Assembly (NCBI GenBank): GCA_002269645.1
Contig: NIVC01000636.1
Span: 1-64,000 of the forward strand
Length of the DNA: 64,000 nucleotides
Reading direction: 5' to 3'
DNA from: Macrostomum lignano
Lineage: Eukaryota
Shown: positions 26,527 through 39,300 of the stretch, one piece after another
Layout: the number at the start of each line of letters is the position of its first letter
How positions within the stretch are numbered: the first letter of the stretch is position 1
Translations under genes and position numbers: made by a program
The notes under the pieces: model-generated
Told to the model about the DNA's origin: nothing
Seen by the model: the letters and a program-made list of their open reading frames with translations, nothing else
Database searches by the model: none

Positions 26527-29500
26527 ATGGCCACTTGTAATGGTTCAAACCTGTCTCTACCAAAGGTAAATCTTCAAACATGTTAGGACTGATTTGAAAT
26601 TGATAAAATATGCTACACATGATTTGTGAATGAATTCTATATTATAGAGCAATATTGACTGATGTTTCTATTAAAAGCCCTCAATTTGGCATCTAAGCTA
26701 GACCAGCTTCTGACCTGAACTTGTGCACTTATATCTTTTCTAGAATTTTGACATCAAGTATTTATTTAGATTTATTACATTCTTTTGTGTTTGACTAAGT
26801 TTTCCTATATATTTAATACCAAAACCCTATTGTTACTGAACCTTTTTGCAGAGTTCAAAGGTATATTTTTGCACTGAATTTTTGGTGTGATAAATTTTAA
26901 TACATTTACTTCAATTATTAAAGCTCCCTCATGCAAGCTAACTGGCTAAGGGAGATGCTGAAGTGGGTTTTTGGTGCAGAATGCTTGATTGGTAGCCAGT
27001 GATCAGCTTGCATGTCACAGCAATCTGCAACTCTCCCTCACCTGTCCAGGTCATCAATGATCCGATCCACGGCACCATCGAGTTGCACAAGTTCGCGGAG
27101 CTCATAATGGGCGCGCCAGAGTTCCAGCGGCTGCGACACCTCAAGCAGCTGGGCGTCACCTACCTGGTGTACCCGTCTGGCACCCACACCCGATTTGAGC
27201 ACTCTGTTGGGTGAGCATAGTGACTGACTGAGCTGGCTGAGTGACTGGCTGAGCTGGCTGAGTGACTGGCTGAGCTGGCAAAGTGACTGGCTGAGCTGGC
27301 TGAGTGACTGGCTGAGCTGGCTGAGTGACTGGCTGAGTGACTGGCTGAGCTGGCGGAGTGACTGGCTGAGCTGGCTGAGTGACTGGCTGAGCTGGCTGAG
27401 TGACTGGCTGAGCTGGCTGAGTGACTGGCTGAGTGACTGGCTGAGCTGGCGGAGTGACTGGCTGAGCTGGCTGAGTGACTGGCTGAGCTGGCGGAGTGAC
27501 TGGCTGAGCTGGCGGAGTGACTGGCTGAGCTGGCGGAGTGAGTGACTGGCTGAGCTGGCGGAGTGACTGGCTGAGTGACTGGCTGAGCTGGCGGAGTGAC
27601 TGGCTGAGCTGGCGGAGTGACTGGCTGAGCTGGCTGAGTGACTGGCTGAGCCGGCGGAGTGACTGGCTGAGCTGGCGGAGTGACTGGCTGAGCTGGCGGA
27701 GTGACTGGCTGAGCTGGCGGAGTGAGTGACTGGCTGAGCTGGCGGAGTGACTGGGGCTGAGCAGTGAGTGACTGGGGCTGAGCAGTGAGTGACTGGCTGA
27801 ACTGGCTGAGTGACTGGCTGAGCTGGCGGAGTGCCTGGAGCTGAGCAGTGAGTGACTGGCTGAGCTGGCGGAGTGCCTGGAGCTGAGCAGCGAGTGACTG
27901 GCTGAGCCGCACCCTCCGATCACTTCAGCACATACCACCTGGCCTGGCAGCTCGCCAAGACTCTGAAGAGCCGCGCCACGACCCCGGAGACGGAGCTGAC
28001 GGACGACGAAGTTCTGTGCGTGGCGCTGGCCGGCCTCTGCCACGACCTCGGCCACGGGCCATTCTCTCACCTGTGGGAGGTGCTGGTGAAGACGGGAGGC
28101 AGGTTCGGAGACTATCACCATGAGGGCATGAGTGTCCAGCTGGTTGACATTATCATTGACCAAGTCATCAGCTCCGGTCTGTCAGGCGCCGCCGAGTTCG
28201 CCGACTTCATGCGAAGGCGGCACGAAGCCTCTGGCGGCACCAACCGGGAGCTCATCAAGCAGCTGATTCTGGGCGGGCCCGAGGATCAGGAGATGAGGTG
28301 TTAGAAAGACGGTGTTTCCCACAGTATGAGGTGAGGGGGGCCTGGGAGGCAGATTCTGTACGAGGTGAGGGGGGCCTGGGAGGCAGATTCTGTATGAGGT
28401 GAGGGGGCCTGGGAGGCAGATTCTGTACGAGGTGAGGGGGGCCTGGGAGGCAGATTCTGGATGAGGTGAGGGGGCCTGGGAGGCAGATTCTGTATGAGGT
28501 GAGAGGGGCCTGGGAGGCAGATTCTGTATGAGGTGAGGGCGGCCTGGGAGGCAGATTCTGTATGAGGTGAGGGGGGCCTGGGAGGCAGATTCTGTATGAA
28601 GTGAGGGGGCCTGGGAGGCAGATTCTGTATGAGGTGAGGGGGGCCTGGGAGGCAGATTCTGTATGAGGTGAGGGGGGCCTGGGAGGCAGATTCTGTATGA
28701 AGTGAGGGGGGCCTGGGAGGCAGATTCTGTATGAAGTGAGGGGGGCCTGGGAGGCAGATTCTGTATGAAGTGAGGGGGGCCTGGGAGGCAGATTCTGTAT
28801 GAAGTGAGGGGGGCCTGGGAGGCAGATTCTGTATGAGGTGAGGGGGCCTGGGAGGCAGTTTCTGTATGGGGTGAGGGGGGCCTGGGAGGCAGATTCTGTA
28901 TGAAGTGAGGGGGGCCTGGGAGGCAGATTCTGTATGAAGTGAGGGGGGCCTGGGAGGCAGATTCTGTATGAGCAGCCGCACTGCAATCGCCCCCCCACCA
29001 GATCATCAACAACAAGAGGACCGGGTTCGACGTGGACAAGTGGGACTACATCAACAGGGACTCCTACTACCTGGGCCTCAACAACAAGCTGGACTGCCAG
29101 CGACAGCTCGCCATGCTGCGGGTGCTGCCGTGCGGGCAGGGCCGCAACCTGCTGGTGATTCGCGACAAGCAGGTGCTGGAGTACATCCAGCTGCTGGTGG
29201 CCCGCAGGGTCAACCACTATGTTGGCTACCAGCACATCAAAGTGATCGGCTTTGAGAAGCTGTGAGCTGCTTTCTAATGCCTTTGATCTGTGGCCAGGAC
29301 CTGTGGTCTGGCCTCAACTGCCACCTCAACTGCCGCCCCAACTGCCACCTCAAGTGCCGCCCCAACTGCCACATCAACTGCCACCCCAGCTGCCACCCCA
29401 AATGCCACCCCAACTGCCACCTCAACTGCCACCTCAACTGCCACCCCAACTGCCACCTCAACTGCCATCCCAACTGCCACCCCAACTGCCACCTCAACTG

Positions 29501-32500
29501 CCACCTCAACTGCCACCCCAACTGCCACCTCAACTGCCACCTCAACTGCCATCCGAACTGCCACCCCAACTGCCACCTCAACTGCCACCCCAACTGCCAC
29601 CCTGAACTCCCTGCAGCCTGGGCGACGCACTGCAGGCGGGCCGCAGCTTCCTGGAGTCTCAGCCCGTGGAGTCAGTGAACCCGGACGCCCGCCGCTACCT
29701 GCTGGAGGACTCCGGCTACGTGGAGACGCTCTGCTGGCTGACGGACGCCCGCCTGGAGCTGCTGCTGACGGAGCACTGCGGCCCGACAGCCCGGCACCTG
29801 ATGCAGCGCCTGGTCACCCGCAGGATGTACAGCCTCGTGGCCACGGCGCGGTTGGCCTTGAAGGACCCCGAGGACAAGCAGAAGTACGAATCGGCCATAA
29901 AGAAGGCGCGGGCATTCTCGGAGGACTGGAACAGGCGGAACCCGCAGTCCTCGGACTACAGCACCATTGCCGAGTTCCGCAAGATCGACTACGGCAGCGG
30001 GCTGAGCCACCCGCTTGACGAGGTGTTCGCCTACTCCAAGCATGACCCCAGGCATGGCCAGCGCTGCAGCGAGAAGGACCTGCTGGTGAGCTGCCAACCC
30101 TGAGATTCCCCAGGAGATTCTCCATAGATTCCTCCTCGAGATTTGCCTCCGCACCAGATCTCTCCTGAGATTCCTCAGGATTTTCGTGGAGATTTTTTGA
30201 GGTTCCCCTGCCGATTCCCTTGGAGATTCCTTCTCGAGATTTCCCTTGGAGATTCCTTCTCGAGATTTCCCTTGGAGATTCCTTCTCGAGATTTCCCTCG
30301 GAGATTCCTTCTCGAGATTTCCTCGGAGATTCCTTCTCGAGATTTCCCTTGGAGATTCCTTCTCGAGATTGCCTCGGAGATTCCTTCTCGAGATTTCCCT
30401 TGGAGATTCCTTCTCGAGATTTCCCTCGGAGATTCCTTCTCGAGATTGCCTTGGAGATTCCTTCTCGAGATTTCCCTCGGAGATTCCTTCTCGAGATTTC
30501 CTTGGAGATTCCTTCTCGAGATTTCCCTCGGAGATTCCTCGACATTTCTCCCGAAATTCATCCCAATATTTCCCAGAAACCGACCCCCCCCGCCCGAGAT
30601 TCCCCTGCAGATTGTTTTCAAAAGAATTTCCCTTCTGCATTCCCCCCATGCAGGACATTCCCACAGTGAAGCCAGCAGACAGTCCGGAGTGCGGGCTTTC
30701 ATTTCCCACAGTGAAGCCAGCAGACAGTCCGGAGTGCGGGCTTTCATTTCCCACAGTGAAGCCAGCAGACAGTTCGGAGTGCGGGCTTTCATTTCCCACA
30801 GTGAAGCCAGCAGACAGTCCGGAGTGCGGGCTTTCATTTCCCACAGTGAAGCCAGCAGACAGTCCGGAGTGCGGGCTTTCATTTCCCATAGTGAAGCCAG
30901 CAGACAGTCCGGAGTGCGGGCTTTCATTTCCCATAGTGAAGCCAGCAGACAGTTCGGAGTGCGGGCTTTCATTTCCCACAGTGAAGCCAGCAGACAGTCC
31001 GGAGTGCGGGCTTTCATTTCCCATAGTGAAGCCAGCAGACAGTTCGGAGTGCGGGCTTTCATTTCCCACAGTGAAGCCAGCAGACAGTCCGGAGTGCGGG
31101 CTTTCATTTCCCACAGTGAAGCCAGCAGACAGTCCGGAGTGCGGGCTTTCATTTCCCACAGTGAAGCCAGCAGACAGTCCGGAGTGCGGGCTTTCATTTC
31201 CCACAGTGAAGCCAGCAGACAGTCCGGAGTGCGGGCTTTCATTTCCCACAGTGAAGCCAGCAGACAGTTCGGAGTGCGGGCTTTCATTTCCCATAGTGAA
31301 GCCAGCAGACAGTCCGGAGTGCGGGCTTTCATTTCCCACAGTGAAGCCAGCAGACAGTCCGGAGTGCGGGCTTTCATTTCCCACAGTGAAGCCAGCAGAC
31401 AGTTCGGAGTGCGGGCTTTCATTTCCCACAGTGAAGCCAGCAGACAGTTCGGAGTGCGGGCTTTCATTTCCCATGGGCTCTCCCAGTGCCCTTGTCACCT
31501 GTTAGAAGCAGAGAAAGCTGCAGGCCGGCTCCCCCAAGCTGCAAAGCGGGCCGCGTCCTTCGCTCCCACGGTTCCCTCGAAACTTGATGCCCGGGCTGGC
31601 TCGGATCAGGGGCTGGGGTTTGACGCGGACCAGAAATGCCTGGCGCTCCGCGGGAACGGAGCCAATAAGCCTGACGAGTTTCGCTTAATGCCTGTTTTTT
31701 TCGTCTGTTCGCTAAATATTGCAGTGAGGGTTTCTTTGCTAGCCAGTTTTCAATCCAACTCACTCCAACTGAATCCAACTCACTCCAACTGAATCCAACT
31801 CACTCCAACTGAATCCAACTCACTCCAACTGAATCCAACTCACTCCAGCTGAATCCAACTCACTCCAACTGAATCCAACTCACTCCAATTTAATCCAACT
31901 CACTCCAACTGAATCCAACTCACTCCAACTGAATCCAACTCACTCCAACTGAATCCAACTCACTCCAACTGAATCCAACTGAATCCAACTGAATCCAACT
32001 CACTCCAATTTAATCCAACTCACTCCAACTCACTCCAACTCACTTCAACTGAATCCAACTCACTCCAACTGAATCCAACTCACTCCAGCTGAATCCAACT
32101 CACTCCAACTGAATCCAACTCACTCCAATTTAATCCAACTCACTCCAATTTAATCCAACTCACTCCAACTGAATCCAACTCACTCCAACTGAATCCAACT
32201 CACTCCAATTTAATCCAACTCACTCCAACTGAATCCAACTCACTCCAACTGAATCCAACTCACTCCAACTGAATCCAACTCACTCCAACTGAATCCAACT
32301 GAATCCAACTGAATCCAACTCACTCCAATTTAATCCAACTCACTCCAACTCACTCCAACTCACTTCAACTGAATCCAACTCACTCCAACTCATTCCAACT
32401 CACTCCAACTCACTCGAACTCACTCGAACTCACTCGAACTCACTCCAACTCATTCCAACTCACTCCAACTCACTCCAACTCACTCCAACTCACTCCAACT

Positions 32501-33652
32501 CACTCTAACTCACTCCAACTCACTCCAACTCACTTCAACTGAATCCAACTCACTCCAACTCATTCCAACTCACTCCAACTCACTCGAACTCACTCGAACT
32601 CACTCGAACTCACTCCAACTCATTCCAACTCACTCCAACTCACTCCAACTCACTCCAACTCACTCCAACTCACTCTAACTCACTCCAACTCACTCCAACT
32701 CACTTCAACTGAATCCAACTCACTCCAACTCACTCCAACTCACTCGAATTTAATCCAACTCACTCCAATTGAATCCAACTCACTCCAACTCACTCCAACT
32801 CACTTCAACTGAATCCAACTCAATCCAACTCACTCCAACTCACTCCAACTCACTCTAACTCACTCCAACTCATTCCAACTCACTCCAACTCACTTTAACT
32901 CACTCCAACTCACTCCAACTCACTCCAACTCACTCCAACTCACTTCAACTGAATCCAACTCAATCCAACTCACTCCAACTCACTCCAACTCACTCCAACT
33001 CACTCCAAATCACTCGAACTCACTCGAACTCACTCCAACTCATTCCAACTCACTCCAACTCACTTTAACTGAATCCAACTCAATCCAACTCACTCCAACT
33101 CACTCCAACTCACTTCAACTGAATCCAACTCAATCCAACTCACTCCAACTCACTCCAACTCACTCTAACTCACTCCAACTCACTCCAACTCACTTCAACT
33201 GAATCCAACTCACTCCAACTCACTCCAACTCACTCGAATTTAATCCAACTCACTCCAATTCAATCCAACTCACTCCAATTTAATCCAGCTCACTCCAACT
33301 CACTCCAACTCACTCCAACTCACTCCAACTCATTCCAACTCACTCCAACTCACTCCAACTCATTCCAACTCACTCCAACTCACTCCAACTCATTCCAACT
33401 CACTCCAACTCATTCCAACTCACTCCAACTCACTCCAACTCATTCCAAATCACTCCAACTCACTCGAACTCACTCCAACTCACCCCACCACAACCCTGGC
33501 CGCAGTTCCCGGATCTGCTGCTCTCCGCCATCCACGTGAGCATTGTGCGGCTGTACGAGCGGTCTCCAGGACAGGGGCGGCAGCGGCAGGAGGCGGAGCG
33601 GGAGTTTCTGAGTGGGCTGGCGGCCCTGGGCTTCATGAAGACGGTCGAGTGA
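26527..33652 (+). CDS. SAMHD1: SAMHD1-like HD-domain dNTP triphosphohydrolase, paralog A (no SAM domain)
   Basis: Exons 26527-26565, 27050-27210, 27929-(28297 or later; junction unresolved), 29002-29261, 29617-30085 and 33506-33652. Motifs: [46 protein letters not shown]. Confidence 0.85.
27226..27906. repeat. Intronic array GAGTGACTGGCTGAGCTGGC
   Basis: Directly visible in paralog A intron 2. Confidence 0.93.
28325..28972. repeat. 33-34-bp array containing an exon-end-like coding segment and a GTGAG donor motif
   Basis: Unit CCTGGGAGGCAGATTCTGTATGAGGTGAGGGGGG, ~19 copies. Confidence 0.93.
29312..29602. repeat. 12-bp intronic array CAACTGCCAC(CT/CC)
   Basis: Directly visible. Confidence 0.92.
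30100..33487. repeat. Three stacked arrays in paralog A intron 5: ~26-bp (30100-30545), 45-bp (30657-31472) and 10-bp CCAACTCACT/GAAT (31757-33487)
   Basis: Units GATTCCTTCTCGAGATTTCCCTCGGA; CCACAGTGAAGCCAGCAGACAGTCCGGAGTGCGGGCTTTCATTTC; CCAACTCACT. Confidence 0.93.
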
Positions 33653-34422
33653 AGCTGGCGGTGTGCGGGCGGGCCGCCAGTACAAAACGCACTGCTAAGT
33701 TGGCTCGGTGCCAAGGGTTTCGGGAATTGATAATTTTTTGCTGTTTTTAGCTTTGTTTGAATATCTATTAATGAAACTGGCTTTCAATTGACGCCACACG
33801 AGTTTCTGGTGCCGCTTGCCGCTTTATTGCTCCGCTCATTTTTTTCCGCCTTCGCACCTGTTTATCCCATTTTTTAGCACTGCTTTAACCCGCTTTCAGC
33901 TGTTGAATGGGTCCAGCTCCCGGATTCGCGTCTGGTTTATTTGATTTGTTTTACTGAGTTTTACCAACATTTTTGTTTCGTGTTTTCCTGTACACAGCTG
34001 TTGCAAAACTTTTTCTGAAACAAAAGTATTTGTTGCTTGCTTGACTGATTTCAATTTTCCAACTGTTTTGATTTTTAGTCCTGATTACTACTGCTGATTC
34101 GCATATAGCACTACTTCAAGTAGCACATTGCAGATTCATTCCTAGATTCGGAACCAGCTTAGAAATTCAATAAATTTTGATTGACTTGTCGCAATTCTTT
34201 TGGCTCAGGAAAATTCAATTTTAACCTACAATCGATTCGATTACTGATGAGTAGCCAAAGTAGCCAAAGCAACTGCGGAGCTCGGCTTTGAGTTGATTTT
34301 TGTGTTGTCATTTTTAACTGCACTGGCTGGAGTGATTTGTGAAGTGCTGCTTTCAGTGGCTGAGCAGCTGCAAACACCTGCTGCCGCTGTACAGGCTTCA
34401 CTCCATCTGCCCCGGTCACTCT

Positions 34423-36391
34423 GGCTAGCACTCCCCAGTCACTCTGGCTAGCACTCCCCAGGGCACTCTGGCTAGCACTCCCCAGTCACTCTGGCTAGCA
34501 CTCCCCAGTCACTCTGGCTAGCACTCCCCAGTCACTCTGGCTAGCACTCCCCATTCACTCTGGCTAGCACTCCCCAGTCACTCTGGCTAGCACTCCCCAG
34601 TCACTGAAGCGGGATGTGAAAAGACTGACTTGGCTTATTGTATTTTGGGCCATAGACAACTAAGTTCAAACAGGCCAGGGTTTAGGGTCCCGAGTAGAAG
34701 ATAATTATCCTGAGGTTTAAGTAAAGAAATAAATCGAATGTACGCTCGTACTTATGGTTTAACCACACGGTAAGACAGTACGAATAGCTGCATCCATTAT
34801 CTTAAAGACAGATTTTTGACAATGCAGTGACTGGAAGACCGGCAAATTGACAATTTTCTGCATTAAAGACAAATTCAATTAGTCTAAAAGAGCGAGTCGT
34901 TAGAATCCCCAGACTTGAGGAGTGGGTGACGGGGCAGCTGCAGGTCTCTGACTCTCGTGCACGGACAGCTGAAGCAGACTGGGTGACGGGGCAGCTGCAG
35001 GTCTCTGACTCTCGTGCACGGACAGCTGAAGCAGACTGGGTGACGGGGCAGCTGCAGGTCTCTGACTCTCATGCACGGACAGCTGAAGCAGACTGGGTGA
35101 CGGGGCAGCTGCAGGTCTCTGACTCTCATGCACGGACAGCTGAAGCAGACTGGGTGACGGGGCAGCTGCAGGTCTCTGACTCTCGTGCACGGACAGCTGA
35201 AGCAGACTGGGTGACGGGGCAGCTGCAGGTCTCTGACTCTCATGCACGGACAGCTGAAGCAGACTGGGTGACGGGGCAGCTGCAGGTCTCTGACTCTCAT
35301 GCACGGACAGCTGAAGCAGACTGGGTGACGGGGCAGCTGCAGGTCTCTGACTCTCATGCACGGACAGCTGAAGCAGACTGGGTGACGGGGCAGCTGCAGG
35401 TCTCTGACTCTCGTGCACGGACAGCTGAAGCAGATGCTACATCAGATTTTCTTAGAAATAAGCTGGAGGCAATGCAGCCAGGAAAATATTAAGTCCTGCC
35501 AAAAGCAAATACAAAAGACAAAAAAGTTCAACTTGCAATGATGGTAAATTGTGCCTTATGATTTTGGAGGCAATCAATGATTGATTTTTAATAATTAATT
35601 AATTTGTATTTAGCTTGAATAATTATTCGTTGCGTTGAATAATAAGCGCACCGTTGGGACAGTGCTGCTGTGTTCACTGTTCCCCCACTGTATTTAAGCA
35701 GCAAGGGAAGTACAGGAAGTGAATGAGAACTGCAGACACATTTTGATGGCCAATAGAGGAAAACAAAAGGCGGAGTATTAATAAAGCAGACAAATTCGGA
35801 CTATAAAATGACTGCAGCCAGTGATGCTGCTAATTAGCATATCATTTCTAGACGGAGTTGAATTTCATTTAGTTGAATAGCGGATGCGTATTGAATAGAA
35901 AGCACTTATATAAGTGTACCACTATTTTCTTTTTAGGCTTTTGATTGAGTTTTTGGGTTTTTAATTGGGTAAATAAGCATCAGCCTACTGACAGCCTCAC
36001 TAACAGCCTCACTAACAGCCTCACTGACAGCCTCACTAACAGCCTCACTAACAGCCTCACTAACAGCCTCACTAACAGCCTCACTGACAGCCTCACTAAC
36101 AGCCTCACTAACAGCCTCACTAACAGCCTCACTAACAGCCTCACTAACAGCCTCACTGACAGCCTCACTGACAGCCTCACTAACAGCCTCACTAACAGCC
36201 TCACTAACAGCCTCACTGACAGCCTCACTAACAGCCTCACTAACAGCCTCACTGACAGCTTCACTAACAGCCTCACTAACAGCCTCACTAACAGCCTCAC
36301 TAACAGCCTCACTAACAGCCTCACTGACAGCCTCACTGACAGCCTCACTGACAGCCTCACTAACAGCCTCACTAACAGCCTCACTGACAGC
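34423..36391. repeat. Intergenic/3'-UTR arrays: 23-bp (34423-34605), 57-bp (34921-35432) and 12-bp ACAGCCTCACTA (35983-36391)
   Basis: Directly visible. The 12-bp array abuts the paralog B stop codon. Confidence 0.92.
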
Positions 36392-36392
36392 T

Positions 36393-39300
36393 TTACTCAG
36401 CAGTCGGCTTGAACCCACAGGCGCTCATCTTCTCGCGGAAGTCAGCGACCTCCCGGCGCCGGAACTCCTTGACGGCCGCCGCATCGGCCGGAGGTTCCCC
36501 GGCCGTCCGCTCGTACAGCCGAACCACCGTGATGTGCAGCGCCGCCAGCTGCAGGTCCGCGAACTGGAAAGGACACGTCGGATCAAAGTTTATCACGACA
36601 CCACTCTTCACTACTGTAAGTAGCAGTCAGTGCCTTAGACTTGTCTCAACTGACACTGAAGCCTTGCCAATACTAGCTCAACTCCCAGCTCACCAACAAG
36701 CTCAACTCCCAGCTCACCAACAGGCTCAACTCCCAGCTCACCAACAAGCTCAACTCTCAGCTCACCAACAAGCTCAACTCCCAGCTCACCAACAAGCTCA
36801 ACTCCCAGTTCACCAACAAGCTCAACTCCCAGCTCACCAACAAGCTCAACTCGATCCCAGCTCACCAACAAGCTCAACTCCCAGCTCACCAACAAGCTCA
36901 ACTCCCAGCTCACCAACAGGCTCAACTCCCAGCTCACCAACAAGCTCAACTCCCAGCTCACCAACAAGCTCAACTCCCAGCTCACCAACAAGCTCAACTC
37001 CCAGCTCACCAACAAGCTCAACTCCCAGCTCACCAACAAGCTCAACTCCCAGCTCACCAACAAGCTCTCCGAATCGCCGTCGCCGTTGCACTGCCTGACC
37101 TCGCCGTTCTTCGAGTAGCAGAAGACGCTGTCGAGCGGGTGCTGCGGCCCGCAGCCGTAGTCGAACTTGCGCAGCTCGGCGATGCTGCGGCTCCGCGAGG
37201 CGTTCCAGTGGGTCACCGCAATCTTGACAGCCTCCAGCTGGTTCTTGTAGACAGCCGTGGCCTCGTCATCGGCCGTGGAGTGCAGCGCCACCCTCACGCT
37301 GGCCAGGTGGCGGTACTTCCGGCGCTCCTCCAGGTGCTTCATCAAGCGCGCAGCCTCCGAACCGCAGCTCTGCTTGAGCAGCTCGACGAGGCGGTCGTCG
37401 GTGAGCCACAGCAGCGACTCCAGCGACTCCGGCTCGTCCAGTAGGTAGCGGATGGCCAAGCGGTTGACATCCGGGTCGTCACGGTGCGCCTGCAGGTGGC
37501 GTCGGGCGGCTGACAGCGCGTCCTGCAGGCTGCAAGGTGGTGAGGTGACCTGAGTCAATTGTCCTGTATTTCTGCTGTACTCAATAAAAGCTTATCGTTA
37601 GCGATTTTTATACATACGACTTTCTACTATTGCTACTGCTAGTAGAGCAGACTGAAAATTGGCGATCACAGGGAAATCCATGTGACAGGGGACGGCATTT
37701 CTTACACTTTCTCGAAGGCTACCGACTTCACGTGCTGGTAAGCCAGGTAGTGCTGCATCCTCCGCGAGATCAACAGGTTGATGTAGTCCAGCACCTGCTT
37801 GTCCCTCAGGACCAGCAGCTTGCGGTTGCCGGGGCAGGGCAGCACCCGCAACAGAGACAGCTGCCGAGTCGCATCGAAGCGGTTGGGCAGCCCCAGGCTC
37901 AGCGCGTCCCGGTTCATGTAGTCCAGCTTGTCCACGTCGTAGCCCGTGCGCTTGTTGTTAACGAACTGCGGTTTCAGAAATGCCAGTTGGTGTCTGATTG
38001 AGACAGAGATGATCTCCTGAGCTGACCACCTGAGCTGATCACCTGAGCTGATCACCTGAGCTGACCACCTGAGCTGATCATCTGAGCTGATCACCCAAGC
38101 TGATCACCTGAGCTGACCACCTGAGCTGATTTAGTGCTAACAAACTGAAAACTCCTATCTAGCTAATGCATTTTGCTGCGATTAACTGGCCGTCAGAGTT
38201 TGTCTACTGATAAGTAGAAAGTTTAGAGTGTGATGCGAAAAGCTCGCATGGCGGGCAAAGAAATGCCGCCATGCGAAAGCACAGGAGTGGAAGTTCTGTT
38301 CAGCCTGGCTAATGGGTGGAGTCCAGCCCGGTTCGATTCCACTTTCAGCTCGCTGACAGCGAGTGTGGGGTCCTTCTACTTTTAGTCGTCCATGGATCGG
38401 CCATCATGGGTCACCAACCTCGAACAGGAACTGCTTCTCGGGTGGGATTCGCTCGGAGTCGCCACCCGGTCCGCCCCGGATGAGGTCGCAGACCAGCTGC
38501 TTGTGGGTCCAGTTGGGCCTCCAGCAGCGGTCCATGAACGCAGAGAATTCCATGGACTCCTGGTCCTGCCTGCTGGCGATGTCGGTCACAATGGACTGGA
38601 ACACCTGCACGCTCATCGCCTCATGGTGATAGTCGATGCCGCAGGACTTCAGCAGTGACTCCCACAGGTGGGAGAACGGGCCGTGGCCGAGGTCGTGGCA
38701 GAGTCCCGCGATGGCCGCGCACAGCGCCTCGCTGTCCGAGAACTCCGACTCGGGCAGGCAGCTGCGCAGCTTCTTGCCCAGCTCCCAGGCCAGGTGGTAG
38801 GTGCTGCGGGCAGCGGCAGGTGGCAGAACTAAACTGCTCAGCGCTTCGAGCCAGCAGAGCAGCGACTTCGATTCACACAACATGCATTCACGCAGCATGC
38901 ATTCACACAACTGGCATTCACACAACATGCATTCACACAACATGCATTCACACAACTGGCATTCACACAACATGCATTCACGCAACATGCATTCACACAA
39001 CTGGCATTCACAAAACATGCATTCACACAACATGCATTCACACAACATGCATTCACACAACATGCATTCACACAACATGCATTCACGCAACATGCATTCA
39101 CACAACTGGCAATTATAACCTGAACTCACACATTCACACAAATAAATTCAATTAGCCTGCATTCACTTAGCCCGTATTCACACAACCTGCATTCACACAA
39201 CATGCATTCACACAACATGCATTCACACAACATGAATTCACACAACATGCATTCACACAACATGCATTCACACAACATGCATTCACGCAACATGCATTCA

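Noticed and set aside
34243-34290. CTGATGAG as a hammerhead ribozyme core
   Set aside because: No stem II or GAAA partner is in the required arrangement.
11193-35432. CRISPR-like appearance of the 45-57-bp arrays
   Set aside because: The units are head-to-tail with no unique spacers, there are no cas genes, and the context is eukaryotic.
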